The translations under genes and the position numbers were made by a program. This document shows positions 19,529-28,751 of a stretch of 64,000 nucleotides of DNA, piece by piece. Source of the stretch: Candidatus Omnitrophota bacterium (GTDB lineage: Bacteria; Omnitrophota; Gorgyraeia; Gygaellales; Profunditerraquicolaceae); assembly GCA_003598135.1 (NCBI GenBank), contig QZKA01000026.1, forward strand, positions 11,258-75,257, read 5' to 3'. Positions within the stretch are counted from its first letter, which is position 1; each line of letters opens with the position of its first letter. The notes beneath the pieces were generated by a model. That model was not told the DNA's origin, searched no databases, and worked only from the letters and a program-made list of their open reading frames with translations.

Positions 19529-19873
19529 CTACAGCTCATCTGGGTCAGGAGGAAATTCTTTTTTTAAACTCTCTTGCTCGGACCTATATTCCCTTTGCAT
19601 CTGCAAAAACATTTCAGGGGCAACCAGCATGATGTCGTTAAACAAGCGCATTCCGACTATCTGCTTCTCGGTAGCTGGAGCGATAAATGTTTCAGCTTCG
19701 GTCAGAATACGCCACAGAAGACGGCGGCCCTCGGGAGTCTTAAGAACCTTGCTGATATCGTTGAGTTCACGTTCCCTCAGCCGCTTAGAACGCTCCGCTA
19801 ATTTCTTTTGTCTCTCTTCTGAATCCATTATTTTTTCTTCTTTGCACCGGCCATACTTCGATGTTATGATCAA
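19529..19873 (-). CDS. hypothetical phage protein, 114 aa
   Basis: ORF between portal and scaffold. Confidence 0.4.
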   Translation of the reverse strand: MIITSKYGRCKEEKIMDSEERQKKLAERSKRLRERELNDISKVLKTPEGRRLLWRILTEAETFIAPATEKQIVGMRLFNDIMLVAPEMFLQMQREYRSEQESLKKEFPPDPDEL

Positions 19874-19900
19874 TATTCTTTTTACCTTTCAGTAGGGGCA

Positions 19901-21643
19901 TTATTTCGCTCCTGCAGGCTGCGTAGCCGGCTCCTGCTTCTGCGGCATAGATTTCCCTGTCATGGCAGCGATTACTGCGTCAAGGGCGCTATTCTCGCCT
20001 ATTCTGGCTTCAGATAGAGTCTTTGCGCCTTGGGCTGCTATCATACCTGACTGCGCTTGTTGCACACGAAGCTGCGCTTCTTGTTTTGCTTTACGGATTA
20101 CTGCAACCATCTCAGCGCTTCTTAATAGCCGCGCAGGAATTCCTTTCATCTCAGCGTAGGTTTCAACAGCCTCATCAAAATCAAATTTATCTATCACGTT
20201 TGCGTCAATTTTTGATAAATCGCCTACGAAGCCGCATACTTGCTCTATTGCGCTTGTCCCTACCATCTTCTGCGCTTGGGCAAGAACGGAGATATACTCC
20301 ACCTTTATGTCCTGCCCCTCAAGTTCTACGGGCGGTTCCGGTATAAGCCCGGCTCGCAACATCTTGGCGAAGGTAATGTCTATACAAGGATCAAACAGCT
20401 GAGTCTCTAATCCATCGAGTATCGAGCCAAGCATAAGCAGTTTCTCTTCATGGCGTTCTGCTATTTCCCGTGCGGTAATGTCGGTGCGATCTAAATTCTG
20501 CAGCATCAGGAATAAGTCAACATAGAACGTGCTGCCGATATCCTGCTTGGTGATATTAATGGTTTCCTCTAACTCTTTGAAATTAATCTGTACCTGATAG
20601 ACCGCGCGTACTCCTGCGTTCGGCACAGAGGCGGAGCTTGTGTTCACTCCCCCCGGCAAAGTATTGACTTCGCCGCTCACCGATGCGTCTTTCTGAACGG
20701 CCGGGTCTACTGTTTTATCAAGGCCCAACAGCTTCTTCCTCTGCAGTTTCTGCAACATCTTGCAGTCGCCTAATGCGTCCCAGCCCGGTCCTTTCCCATA
20801 GATGTCGCTTGTCGTGGTGGTTGCCCAACGCGGGGCCAATATAGAGAATTCCCTAAATCCCCCTACTCTTAAGAAACAATCCTGAGGAGATCCTTCTTCC
20901 CATTGGATGGAACGATAGGGCATGTTCTTGAAATCTTCCCTGTGCGGTATTCTTTTATCGTTCTCTTCCACAAGGTGAATTACTGAAATCCACTTATCAA
21001 CATCTTTCGATAAGTCGTAGGCGTCCTTTACGGTAGGGCTGACGTTATCGATCCCGAACTCCTTTACCAACTGTCCTGCGGTCATCCAGTACCTTCTGGC
21101 AAACCCATTTACCCTGCCGTCAGGCCCAATACTGAGCCAATATTCGCCGCAGGTAAAGTTATAGCCGCGGATTACCGTATCATAATCATCGACAATAATC
21201 GCAGCTGCGGTGGCGAACGATCCAAGTTCTTCGTAAATTGAATAGAAAATCTCGTAAATATTAGACCGAGAGAACACGTTCAGCATTCTCTCCTGGACTA
21301 TATCGAGCCATAGCTTTACGTTGTCGTTCTCCATAAGATCCGGATCATCGACACCAAGCCTGAACCATGGCCGCGTAGGGCTCGTCATTCCGTTCAGCAT
21401 TCCTGAAGCTAATGTGCGCACGCATCTTCTCGGATAGCCGGACAGCATCGTCTTGTGATCTATGGCCTGCCCTTTATTCGGTTGGTCGTCAAAAAAGCCG
21501 CGCGTGGGGATTTCGTATAATTTGATATCTTTCCAGGTTGGAAGCCAAGACTGCGCCTCATTCTTCATAGCGCTTACGCGGCGCTCGAATTCTTTCCTGT
21601 CAAGACCTACGCCTATCTTCTCTTTAGTTTGTTCTGCCATCAT
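19901..21643 (-). CDS. portal protein, 580 aa
   Basis: Size and position downstream of terminase and upstream of scaffold. Confidence 0.6.
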   Translation of the reverse strand: MMAEQTKEKIGVGLDRKEFERRVSAMKNEAQSWLPTWKDIKLYEIPTRGFFDDQPNKGQAIDHKTMLSGYPRRCVRTLASGMLNGMTSPTRPWFRLGVDDPDLMENDNVKLWLDIVQERMLNVFSRSNIYEIFYSIYEELGSFATAAAIIVDDYDTVIRGYNFTCGEYWLSIGPDGRVNGFARRYWMTAGQLVKEFGIDNVSPTVKDAYDLSKDVDKWISVIHLVEENDKRIPHREDFKNMPYRSIQWEEGSPQDCFLRVGGFREFSILAPRWATTTTSDIYGKGPGWDALGDCKMLQKLQRKKLLGLDKTVDPAVQKDASVSGEVNTLPGGVNTSSASVPNAGVRAVYQVQINFKELEETINITKQDIGSTFYVDLFLMLQNLDRTDITAREIAERHEEKLLMLGSILDGLETQLFDPCIDITFAKMLRAGLIPEPPVELEGQDIKVEYISVLAQAQKMVGTSAIEQVCGFVGDLSKIDANVIDKFDFDEAVETYAEMKGIPARLLRSAEMVAVIRKAKQEAQLRVQQAQSGMIAAQGAKTLSEARIGENSALDAVIAAMTGKSMPQKQEPATQPAGAK

Positions 21644-21894
21644 TGCCCCAGCTTTTCTTTAAGCGTCGAGCCGACGACCGCGGGCAACAGAAGGTTCACC
21701 GAGGAGGTATCTCCTGTGCCTGATGTTTTCACGGTGCTGGCTATGCCATACTTTATTGCGGCGAGCTGCTTTCTTTTTTTCTCTGCGATGCTTGAAGCGG
21801 TTTCTTCTGCAGGTTCCGGAGCTGAAGGCGTGGGTGCTGGCGAGACGGTAGTGGTGGCGGGTGATTCTATCCTTGGCGTTCCTCCAAAGCACAT
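21640..21894 (-). CDS. hypothetical small protein, 84 aa, upstream of portal
   Basis: ORF ends exactly at the portal start. Confidence 0.3.
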   Translation of the reverse strand: MCFGGTPRIESPATTTVSPAPTPSAPEPAEETASSIAEKKRKQLAAIKYGIASTVKTSGTGDTSSVNLLLPAVVGSTLKEKLGQ

Positions 21895-21993
21895 AGGACG
21901 CTCCTTTGTAGTATGTCAGTTTGTCATTATCGTTGGCATAAAAAAGAGGCAACCCGCACGGCCGCGAATTGCCTCTTAGATATGCCTAAAACG

Positions 21994-22016
21994 AATTGAG
22001 TGATCAGCTCAATTCA
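21994..22016. promoter_or_regulatory. inverted repeat GAATTGAG-N7-CTCAATTC downstream of the moron cassette
   Basis: Perfect 8-bp arms; possible terminator or protein-binding site at the moron 3' boundary. Confidence 0.35.
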
Positions 22017-22079
22017 CAAATCGTCTATGTGATTCTACCAATAACACGATTATGTCATTTTGTCAAGTATTTTTGTGAA

Positions 22080-22556
22080 TTAATTCAGGGAGGGATTCTT
22101 AAATGCGGTAGAGAACTTTTTATTGCACCAGGTTATTATCGTTTGAAGATTAGTAGTAACCATCCCTTCTGCGATCCTTCTATTCCAGATATACTGTCTA
22201 TACCGAGCCGTCTCGCTCGCATTATATAGTCTTTTGTATTGAGCAGACACCTCCGGATAGTTTAAATACACAATAAGTAATCTGGCTGCATGGTCGCTTT
22301 TAGATTTGCAATAGTTCGGAAACGGCAATCCGGAAGTTTTTATCTGAATAAAAAATTCTTTAGGATGCGCCACTTGAAGCGCCTTACCCCGGTATATTAC
22401 TCTTTTCCTTTTAAATACGACGCATTCAATAATATGGACGGAGGAATAAAAAGCCGCGGTAACAATCCAATCATTGAAGTCTTGCTGGGGATAAATATAA
22501 CTTAAGAAGTCGATGTTGTGATTCCCATGGATCAAATGCTCAGCATCGGTAGGCAT
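22080..22556 (-). CDS. moron gene B, 158 aa, unknown function, AT-rich
   Basis: ORF in a low-GC island between terL and portal; TAGATG junction with gene A. Confidence 0.55.
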   Translation of the reverse strand: MPTDAEHLIHGNHNIDFLSYIYPQQDFNDWIVTAAFYSSVHIIECVVFKRKRVIYRGKALQVAHPKEFFIQIKTSGLPFPNYCKSKSDHAARLLIVYLNYPEVSAQYKRLYNASETARYRQYIWNRRIAEGMVTTNLQTIITWCNKKFSTAFKNPSLN

Positions 22557-23111
22557 CTATGAATTCCTTACAAAAGGGAAATCGTACCCAATAGCTTGCT
22601 GGTCAAGTGTCGAATCTCTGCTATTTAAGTACAAAATATCCGCCAGGTAATTCTCTCGATTCAACACAAACAGCTCGGAGGCAATAACAAACTCAGAGAA
22701 TTCTTTCTCGCCTTTCTCATCTGCATCAATAACAAACAAGATCTTAATCTCTTTGGTAATAAAATCAAAGCTTGTGCGGGCCTCTACTATCTTGATGTCG
22801 ATTTTCTCTTCAGCCATTTGAGTCCTTACCACTTCATAAGCGACCTCAACGATTTTTGTAACTATCAAAATATACTCATGCGCTTCTTTTTTGGCACGCT
22901 CTTTTAGCCTTTCCAATGCCTCACTCTCACCTTGCCTCTTGGCTTCCCTAAGCACATATTCAAGATGGTGGGCCATCGCCTCCCTAATTGACTTGACGTT
23001 GTTGAATAAATTAATGGGGTCTTCTACGGAAGTTTGCGCTGAGAATAACGAGGAAATTTCCGCGGACATGCCTGACAACCGATCCTCTACTCTGTTTTTA
23101 AAATTAAACAT
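22557..23111 (-). CDS. moron gene A, 184 aa, unknown function (weak Rx4H motif REAMAH)
   Basis: ORF with its own promoter directly after the terL stop. Confidence 0.55.
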   Translation of the reverse strand: MFNFKNRVEDRLSGMSAEISSLFSAQTSVEDPINLFNNVKSIREAMAHHLEYVLREAKRQGESEALERLKERAKKEAHEYILIVTKIVEVAYEVVRTQMAEEKIDIKIVEARTSFDFITKEIKILFVIDADEKGEKEFSEFVIASELFVLNRENYLADILYLNSRDSTLDQQAIGYDFPFVRNS

Positions 23112-23134
23112 ACTTTTGGTGGTTTGCGGGTATA

Positions 23135-23163
23135 AGTATAGCGTTGGAGGGGTCGAAAGTCAA
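23135..23163 (-). promoter_or_regulatory. sigma70-type promoter for the moron cassette (-35 TTGACT, 17 bp spacer, -10 TATACT)
   Basis: Near-consensus hexamers with a 17-bp spacer between terL stop and gene A start. Confidence 0.55.
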
Positions 23164-23169
23164 TAATTT

Positions 23170-24651
23170 TTAGCTTAACGGGTCGTATTCTTTCTTCTGA
23201 CCGAAATTCTCTTCATTGCTCTTTTTTTTCACGACGGGGAATGCGAATGTTAAAGCGAGGGCATCTGCGTTGCTGGGTGAAGCTAATCCTCTATCTTTCA
23301 TCTGCTTCTTTGATTCCAGAACGATTTCTCCTTTTAAATTCGGGTATGCTTCCGGCCCGGTTAAATCATCTACTAAACGTTGATCATCAGGAATACATCC
23401 ACCTTCTTCGAGCCATTTCTTTGTCTTAGCCCAGATCTCTGCGCGCTTATTCGCGAATCCTGGCGTACTGGATTTTGAGCCGAAAGAACAAAGCAGCCAT
23501 TGCCGATTCATTGACTTGCCGATAGAATAAACTCCTGTGCCGTAGCCTAAGTCAATGATGACGCCGTCTGCTTTTTCTTGGTCTTCCCACTTTGCTACTG
23601 CAGCAGCAATGACTGTATCATCATCGTTCTTTGCGAATTTCTGTAAGCGCCTGTAGACTAACCCTTGCCTGATACCGATCAGGACCTCATCGCCGCCGGT
23701 CCAGGCCATGTCTACGCCGATGATCTTGGGTGCAAACACGTACTTATGCGCTTCTATCTGCTTGCCTTTTGCGGATTCAGCTAAGTCCGTAGGAATAAAC
23801 TGCAGATCCCCTGCTTTGGGAAATAAACCAAGAACATGCACACGTACCCAGTCACTATCTATGCCAAGATCTTCTATCCATTCCTTAACCTTCTGCTGGT
23901 TAACTAATATTGACTTACGGATATCAAGCTGCCATTGCTTCCAGCGATGCCGTAGTTTGGCGAAGCATTCTTTAAAGCGGCCGGTATTGCGGGTAGGGTT
24001 ACCGAAGACAAGCCATAAAATCTGCGTACCGGTATCGGTTAATGCGCCTTCTGTAACTTCCCAGATTGTATCCGGAATAGCTGAGGCTTCATCGAATATT
24101 ACCAGAATGCGTTTGCCCTTATTGTGAAGGCCCGCGAATGCCTCAGTCTTATGTTCGCTCCAAGGCACCTGATCTATACGCCACGTTCTTTCATGCTCAG
24201 GGTCTTTTGCGTAGATAGCTGTGGCTGTCAGTTCAAACCAATGCTTTATTATGCATAGACGATACCATTTGCTTAGCTCTGCCCATGTCTTGGTTTTAAG
24301 CTGAGTCTCTGTATTGGCGGTTACCGTTCCCCTGGTGTCTTCAAAAGTAGACAGGCCCCAAAGGATGATCCAAGCTACAAGCGCACTTTTCCCCGGACCA
24401 TTGCCTGAAGCTACGGCAATCTGAATCACATAGTTTATGGCGCCTTGGGCATTAAGCTTACCGGCCTGCAACTGATCGCGGATATACTGCAAGACTTCGC
24501 TCTGCCATCTATCCGGGCCTTTATAGCCTATGAGTTCTTCTTTGCCCCACTTGAAAGCATAAAGGACCCAACCGTAAGGGTCCTTCTCGTATGAGGCTAT
24601 GTCTTCTATAAGGGCTCTCTCAGCCTTTACGTCCTCTTCGGTTGTGAGCAT
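23170..24651 (-). CDS. terL: terminase large subunit
   Basis: P-loop ASGNGPGKS, Walker B VIFDEASAIPD, C-terminal nuclease-like region; follows the small subunit. Confidence 0.85.
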   Translation of the reverse strand: MLTTEEDVKAERALIEDIASYEKDPYGWVLYAFKWGKEELIGYKGPDRWQSEVLQYIRDQLQAGKLNAQGAINYVIQIAVASGNGPGKSALVAWIILWGLSTFEDTRGTVTANTETQLKTKTWAELSKWYRLCIIKHWFELTATAIYAKDPEHERTWRIDQVPWSEHKTEAFAGLHNKGKRILVIFDEASAIPDTIWEVTEGALTDTGTQILWLVFGNPTRNTGRFKECFAKLRHRWKQWQLDIRKSILVNQQKVKEWIEDLGIDSDWVRVHVLGLFPKAGDLQFIPTDLAESAKGKQIEAHKYVFAPKIIGVDMAWTGGDEVLIGIRQGLVYRRLQKFAKNDDDTVIAAAVAKWEDQEKADGVIIDLGYGTGVYSIGKSMNRQWLLCSFGSKSSTPGFANKRAEIWAKTKKWLEEGGCIPDDQRLVDDLTGPEAYPNLKGEIVLESKKQMKDRGLASPSNADALALTFAFPVVKKKSNEENFGQKKEYDPLS

Positions 24652-25198
24652 GTTTTGTCCTCATTCGCGCCTCTTTTATTCTATCCGCAAGGCCTTCAAG
24701 GCCCCTGTGTTCGGTTACATCGGTAAACATCTTTAGATGCTTGCCTAAGAGCTCAAGCGTTTTTGTTTTGTCGCAAAGCTTAATCTTCTTAGTGTAGCCG
24801 ATATGTTCTCTATCTTCTCCGCGACCTTCAAATAACTCTTCTGTTTCTATAGCAATAATTGCCTTCCGCAATGGTTCAGGCATATCTTGGATATCTTTGA
24901 GCTCGCCGTTCTCATCATAAGCATCCGCAATATCTATTGTGGCGTGCTTAAGCAGTTCTTTAATAACAAGGTCAGTGTTTAATTTAAGCCGGTTAATTTG
25001 CGCTGCTATCAATTCATTCACCCGCGCTTTAATCATAACATTTGATAACAAACGCGAAGCTTGCTCTTGGGCTGTCTTGCGTGAGTATTTAGCGCGGATT
25101 GCTGCTTGAGTGCCGTTGCGGTCTTTTAAGTATTCATGACAAAACCGCTCTTGCTGCGGAGTAAGTGGCCTAAGCTTGTTTTCTTCTTTTATTTCCAT
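24620..25198 (-). CDS. terS: terminase small subunit
   Basis: N-terminal LTPQQERFCHEYLKDRNGTQAAIRAKYS matches the classic TerS motif. Confidence 0.8.
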   Translation of the reverse strand: MEIKEENKLRPLTPQQERFCHEYLKDRNGTQAAIRAKYSRKTAQEQASRLLSNVMIKARVNELIAAQINRLKLNTDLVIKELLKHATIDIADAYDENGELKDIQDMPEPLRKAIIAIETEELFEGRGEDREHIGYTKKIKLCDKTKTLELLGKHLKMFTDVTEHRGLEGLADRIKEARMRTKHAHNRRGRKG

Positions 25199-25534
25199 GT
25201 ATAGATATGCGTAGTTAATAGGGTATTTACTGCTGCTACCGCTAACAGCGCGCCTACCGCCGCTAATATTGAATACCCTATAAAGTCAATAACCTTCACC
25301 ATAGCTCTACCCCTTGGGTTCCATTTACCACAAATATGTCAAAATGTCAAGTTCTATCTTGGGGACCTCTATTTAGTATTCTGAATGCCCACTCAATCTC
25401 TAATATTAAAAGTTGTTCTTCAACCGTACGCTCTGCTTCTTTTAGCCAGGCTCTTACGAGTGGGTTTTTTAACAACTTACGGTCTTTTGGTATTATCTTT
25501 ATCTTCATCTCTGGATAATAAGCTCTGCTCCAAT

Positions 25535-25801
25535 TCATCGTATCACTACCGCGATCCTCCCTTCCGGAAGCGCAAAATAATGCTGGCCAGCGTAGTCAAA
25601 CTCGGTTGTGGCCGGCGCGCTGACAATTATCTGGTCGTTCCGTTTTATTCCACTCTTGCATTGGCTGCCTACGTCTATCACCCGAAACACCGAGTCAGCC
25701 TTGACTACTCCTTTAACAACATCAGGCACTACTATCTGACCGTTCTCTTTTTCTTGCAACTGCACGATTACGAATTCCCCTATTGCTCTTGGTCTTGCCA
25801 T
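25535..25801 (-). CDS. GroES/Cpn10-fold protein, phage-encoded, 88 aa
   Basis: Pattern FVIVQ..NGQIVVPD...RVIDVG...DQIIV resembles co-chaperonin GroES with a shortened mobile loop. Confidence 0.45.
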   Translation of the reverse strand: MARPRAIGEFVIVQLQEKENGQIVVPDVVKGVVKADSVFRVIDVGSQCKSGIKRNDQIIVSAPATTEFDYAGQHYFALPEGRIAVVIR

Positions 25802-25843
25802 GTACTACTCCTTTCTTTTATTCTTCCTCGCTGGTTTTTTTTA

Positions 25844-25927
25844 TTGCGGGGGTGGGATTCGAACCCACGGTGTCCTTTCGGATACATGGTTATGGGCCAT
25901 GCGACCTCGCCACTGGTCAACCCCGCG
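25844..25927 (-). tRNA. phage-encoded tRNA, apparent anticodon CAT, atypical long variable region
   Basis: D-arm GACC-AGTGGCGA-GGTC, anticodon arm CATGG-CCCATAA-CCATG, T-arm GTGGG-TTCGAAT-CCCAC, 6-bp acceptor with C1-A72 mismatch and A73; 16-nt variable region. Confidence 0.6.
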
Positions 25928-25943
25928 ATTGATTTATCTTTTC

Positions 25944-26372
25944 TTATTCCTGCTCTTCCTCTACCTCAGGCGCCTTATATTCTTCTACTTCTTCCCCGAG
26001 ATCGATGCGCTTTCTTCTTGCTTCGCCGATTGCCTTCACCAGCTCAACGCGGATTTTCCTAATAACGAATTTCGAATATGCCTCAAGTTCCGCGCGCAGC
26101 TGATCAACCAGGTTTTTGATGTTATCAGACGAAACCTTTTCCGTACCCCCCCCTAAAGCTTGACGTTTTTTATAGAGTTTTAATTTAGAAACTCCAGCTG
26201 CGACGCTTCCTCCGGATTTCTTCTGGTGGCCGTGCAAGATATAATGCAGCACCGAAGAAGCAACTTTGATTTGATACTGGTCTTGAAAAAATTTAATAAT
26301 CTCACAAGGCCTCTTTCCGTCCTTAGCCATCGCCCTGCATTGTTCTTTCTGACCCTCTGTTAACTTCGCCAT
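25944..26372 (-). CDS. HTH DNA-binding protein, 142 aa
   Basis: N-terminal HTH-like segment; upstream of the tRNA and downstream of the ParB-like gene. Confidence 0.45.
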   Translation of the reverse strand: MAKLTEGQKEQCRAMAKDGKRPCEIIKFFQDQYQIKVASSVLHYILHGHQKKSGGSVAAGVSKLKLYKKRQALGGGTEKVSSDNIKNLVDQLRAELEAYSKFVIRKIRVELVKAIGEARRKRIDLGEEVEEYKAPEVEEEQE

Positions 26373-26461
26373 TTTACTACCCTCCTTAGTTTGGCCAGGC
26401 TGCCGGCTGGCTGACTGCTTGGGAATACCGCGGATCCCCTCATACCAACCGGCGCGCTGGG

Positions 26462-26641
26462 TTATAATTGTTCGTTAACGCACAACATCAATTCCGTAAA
26501 ATCAACCTTTTCGCTGTTTGATAAATCGCGCAGCCATTCCGTTAAATTCATTACTCGGCACCATTCATCCGGAGTAACAGCTGCCTCCGGATCGGTGAGG
26601 CGATAGATCTTGCCTTCCTTGGTTTTAAGTACGAGTCTCAT
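26462..26641 (-). CDS. small ORF, 59 aa, start overlaps the ParB-like stop (ATGA)
   Basis: ATGA coupling with the upstream gene. Confidence 0.3.
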   Translation of the reverse strand: MRLVLKTKEGKIYRLTDPEAAVTPDEWCRVMNLTEWLRDLSNSEKVDFTELMLCVNEQL

Positions 26642-28275
26642 TTCACCAGCTCCTTCGGCACCTTGCCCTTTGGCGCATTCTTAAGGATAAACGCCACAAG
26701 CGCGCTTTTCTTATCTTCTGTCGTATCGATGTTAACATTCAGCTCCTTGGCCAGCTTCGCCAGCTGGTCCTTAGTCATGGCCTGTAGATAACTTTCAGCG
26801 ATCACATAATCCTTAGCCATGGAGAAACCGAGTTTGGTGGAGAGAAAATTAAGATCTTCGTCATCAATAACTTTGGGTTTTTCCGCGATAACTTTTCCGA
26901 TAAGTTCTTGCACCACCGTATCTCCAAGTTCATAAATCTTTGGAATACTGTACGGCCTACCGTATTCTTTACCGCCTTTTATCTTATCTTTAACGATCGC
27001 CTGAGACTCACTCCAACCCATATCGTTTAACAATATGAATAACGTAAGCACATTCCTGCAACGCTGATCCTTGGTAACTGATACCTTGCTAATCCAGAAA
27101 CCACGCTTTGCTTCCCGGACCCGGTTCTCTGTTTTGGATTTGGCGAGATCCTTTACCCGAGGGCCCTCACTGGCGTTAAGTTTAATCCCGGCTTTCCTTA
27201 GGATTTTAGGCACGTCTGCATTATTCACCATTTCAATAATCTTTCCAGAGAATGGATGCACCGCAAAAACCGTTTTAACGTCTTTGCTTGCCTTAAACAA
27301 CTGTCTGAGGGAAAGATATTTATGGTTATAGTAATTCCTTTCATCCACGTTAGAATATTTACGCTCCGGCGTGGTATCGCTTTCATACTCAAAGAGTTTC
27401 TTCGCTTCCTCTTGAGATACCACTTCTTTGCCCTGGGCTTTCAGCCTGGTAATTGTCCGCTGGGTACGCGCCTGTTTCTTCGCTTCAAAGCATCCCGGAT
27501 CCGTACAAGTATCCGCTGCGCTTACGTCCGCGAATAATTCTTTTTGATTCCCGGTCCTTTTAGGACAATCCACGCAGGATCCTTTTCCGGCCAGGCCTTT
27601 TTCTTTAGTATCGAATTGCGCCTCCTTAAGCTGCAGCATAAAGTTTTTGTGGATATACTCCTGGGCTTCCCGATAACTATAAGGTTCCTTACCCCACTGT
27701 CCTCCCTTGGCCACCTGGACGCCGGCTTCTTTCTGCAGATCCTTAGGTACCCTGGCCACCAGGAGCGCAACCGATGGGCTGAATTTCCCATCATAGAACA
27801 ACTTGCGATTCTCCGGGATCAGCTCGCAAAGCTTAAGCCGGCCGTAAATATATGTCGGGCTCTTGCCGACTTTAGCCGCGATATCCTTGACGTCTTTATA
27901 TCCGTGCTTTTTCATTAAGGCTTCGTATCCCTCGGCTTCTTCCAGGGGATGCACGTCCTCGCGCTGCAGGTTTTCGATCACCATGCACTCCAGGGCCTGC
28001 TGATCCGTAAGCTGTCTGATCACGGCCGGGATCTCTTCAAGGCCTGCCGCGGCAGCTGCGCGCATGCGCCGCTCACCGCAGACCAGCTCATAAACATCTC
28101 GGACAGCCGGTCCACGTTGTGTCGTTTTGCCTAACAGCCTTACCAGGATCGGGTTAATGATTCCTTTCTCTTTAACCGACGCGGTCAACTCTTTCATCTT
28201 TGCTTCGTCAAAAGTCTGGCGCGCATTACGGCCAGATGTTTTGATGTCTTTAAGGCTTATCGATTTCATGTCCAT
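26638..28275 (-). CDS. ParB-like nuclease domain protein with a long C-terminal extension, 545 aa
   Basis: GERRMRAA...VIENLQREDVHPLEEAEGY ParB/Srx N-domain motifs. Confidence 0.7.
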   Translation of the reverse strand: MDMKSISLKDIKTSGRNARQTFDEAKMKELTASVKEKGIINPILVRLLGKTTQRGPAVRDVYELVCGERRMRAAAAAGLEEIPAVIRQLTDQQALECMVIENLQREDVHPLEEAEGYEALMKKHGYKDVKDIAAKVGKSPTYIYGRLKLCELIPENRKLFYDGKFSPSVALLVARVPKDLQKEAGVQVAKGGQWGKEPYSYREAQEYIHKNFMLQLKEAQFDTKEKGLAGKGSCVDCPKRTGNQKELFADVSAADTCTDPGCFEAKKQARTQRTITRLKAQGKEVVSQEEAKKLFEYESDTTPERKYSNVDERNYYNHKYLSLRQLFKASKDVKTVFAVHPFSGKIIEMVNNADVPKILRKAGIKLNASEGPRVKDLAKSKTENRVREAKRGFWISKVSVTKDQRCRNVLTLFILLNDMGWSESQAIVKDKIKGGKEYGRPYSIPKIYELGDTVVQELIGKVIAEKPKVIDDEDLNFLSTKLGFSMAKDYVIAESYLQAMTKDQLAKLAKELNVNIDTTEDKKSALVAFILKNAPKGKVPKELVK

Positions 28276-28316
28276 GTTATTTCCTCCTTTTGAAATATTA
28301 AATTGTCAAACCGTCA

Positions 28317-28751
28317 TCACTGGCAAGAGCGGACGGGCCGCACATAGCTATGGCCACTCCGGTCGAAGTTGTAAACGTTGCCGTTGTAGGAATTCACGCA
28401 CCACGCGGCATCTTTGTTCCAAGCGCAAGGATCCCCACTCCAATACCAATCATCAAATTTGCCCTTGAAGATGTTTGTATCATAGCAAGGATTATATTTT
28501 GTCCTATCCGTCATACCACAGAGTTCTTCGACTGTGGGTAAACGCCAGTCTTTGAAACCGTAAAATTCCAGAGCGGCGCAGGCTTTTTCGGCTTCTTTAT
28601 GCGTCATTGCCGCCTTGAACACGCCTCCTAAGAGTGTTGGGTCTTGAATGATTTGTAGACCTGTTTTACGGTCAGTAATGATGTTCTTCGCTGTTACTAC
28701 AAATCTTGATTCTCCCTTCGCCTCTTCTTTTGTTGCCTTTTTTCTTCCCAT
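28317..28751 (-). CDS. DUF1566 (Lcl C-terminal domain) family protein, 144 aa
   Basis: Signature WRLPTVEEL and overall match to DUF1566. Confidence 0.5.
   Translation of the reverse strand: MGRKKATKEEAKGESRFVVTAKNIITDRKTGLQIIQDPTLLGGVFKAAMTHKEAEKACAALEFYGFKDWRLPTVEELCGMTDRTKYNPCYDTNIFKGKFDDWYWSGDPCAWNKDAAWCVNSYNGNVYNFDRSGHSYVRPVRSCQ

Noticed and set aside
25385-26062. 225-aa plus-strand ORF
   Set aside because: It overlaps the tRNA, the GroES-like gene and the HTH gene on the opposite strand; no RBS; an antisense artefact.
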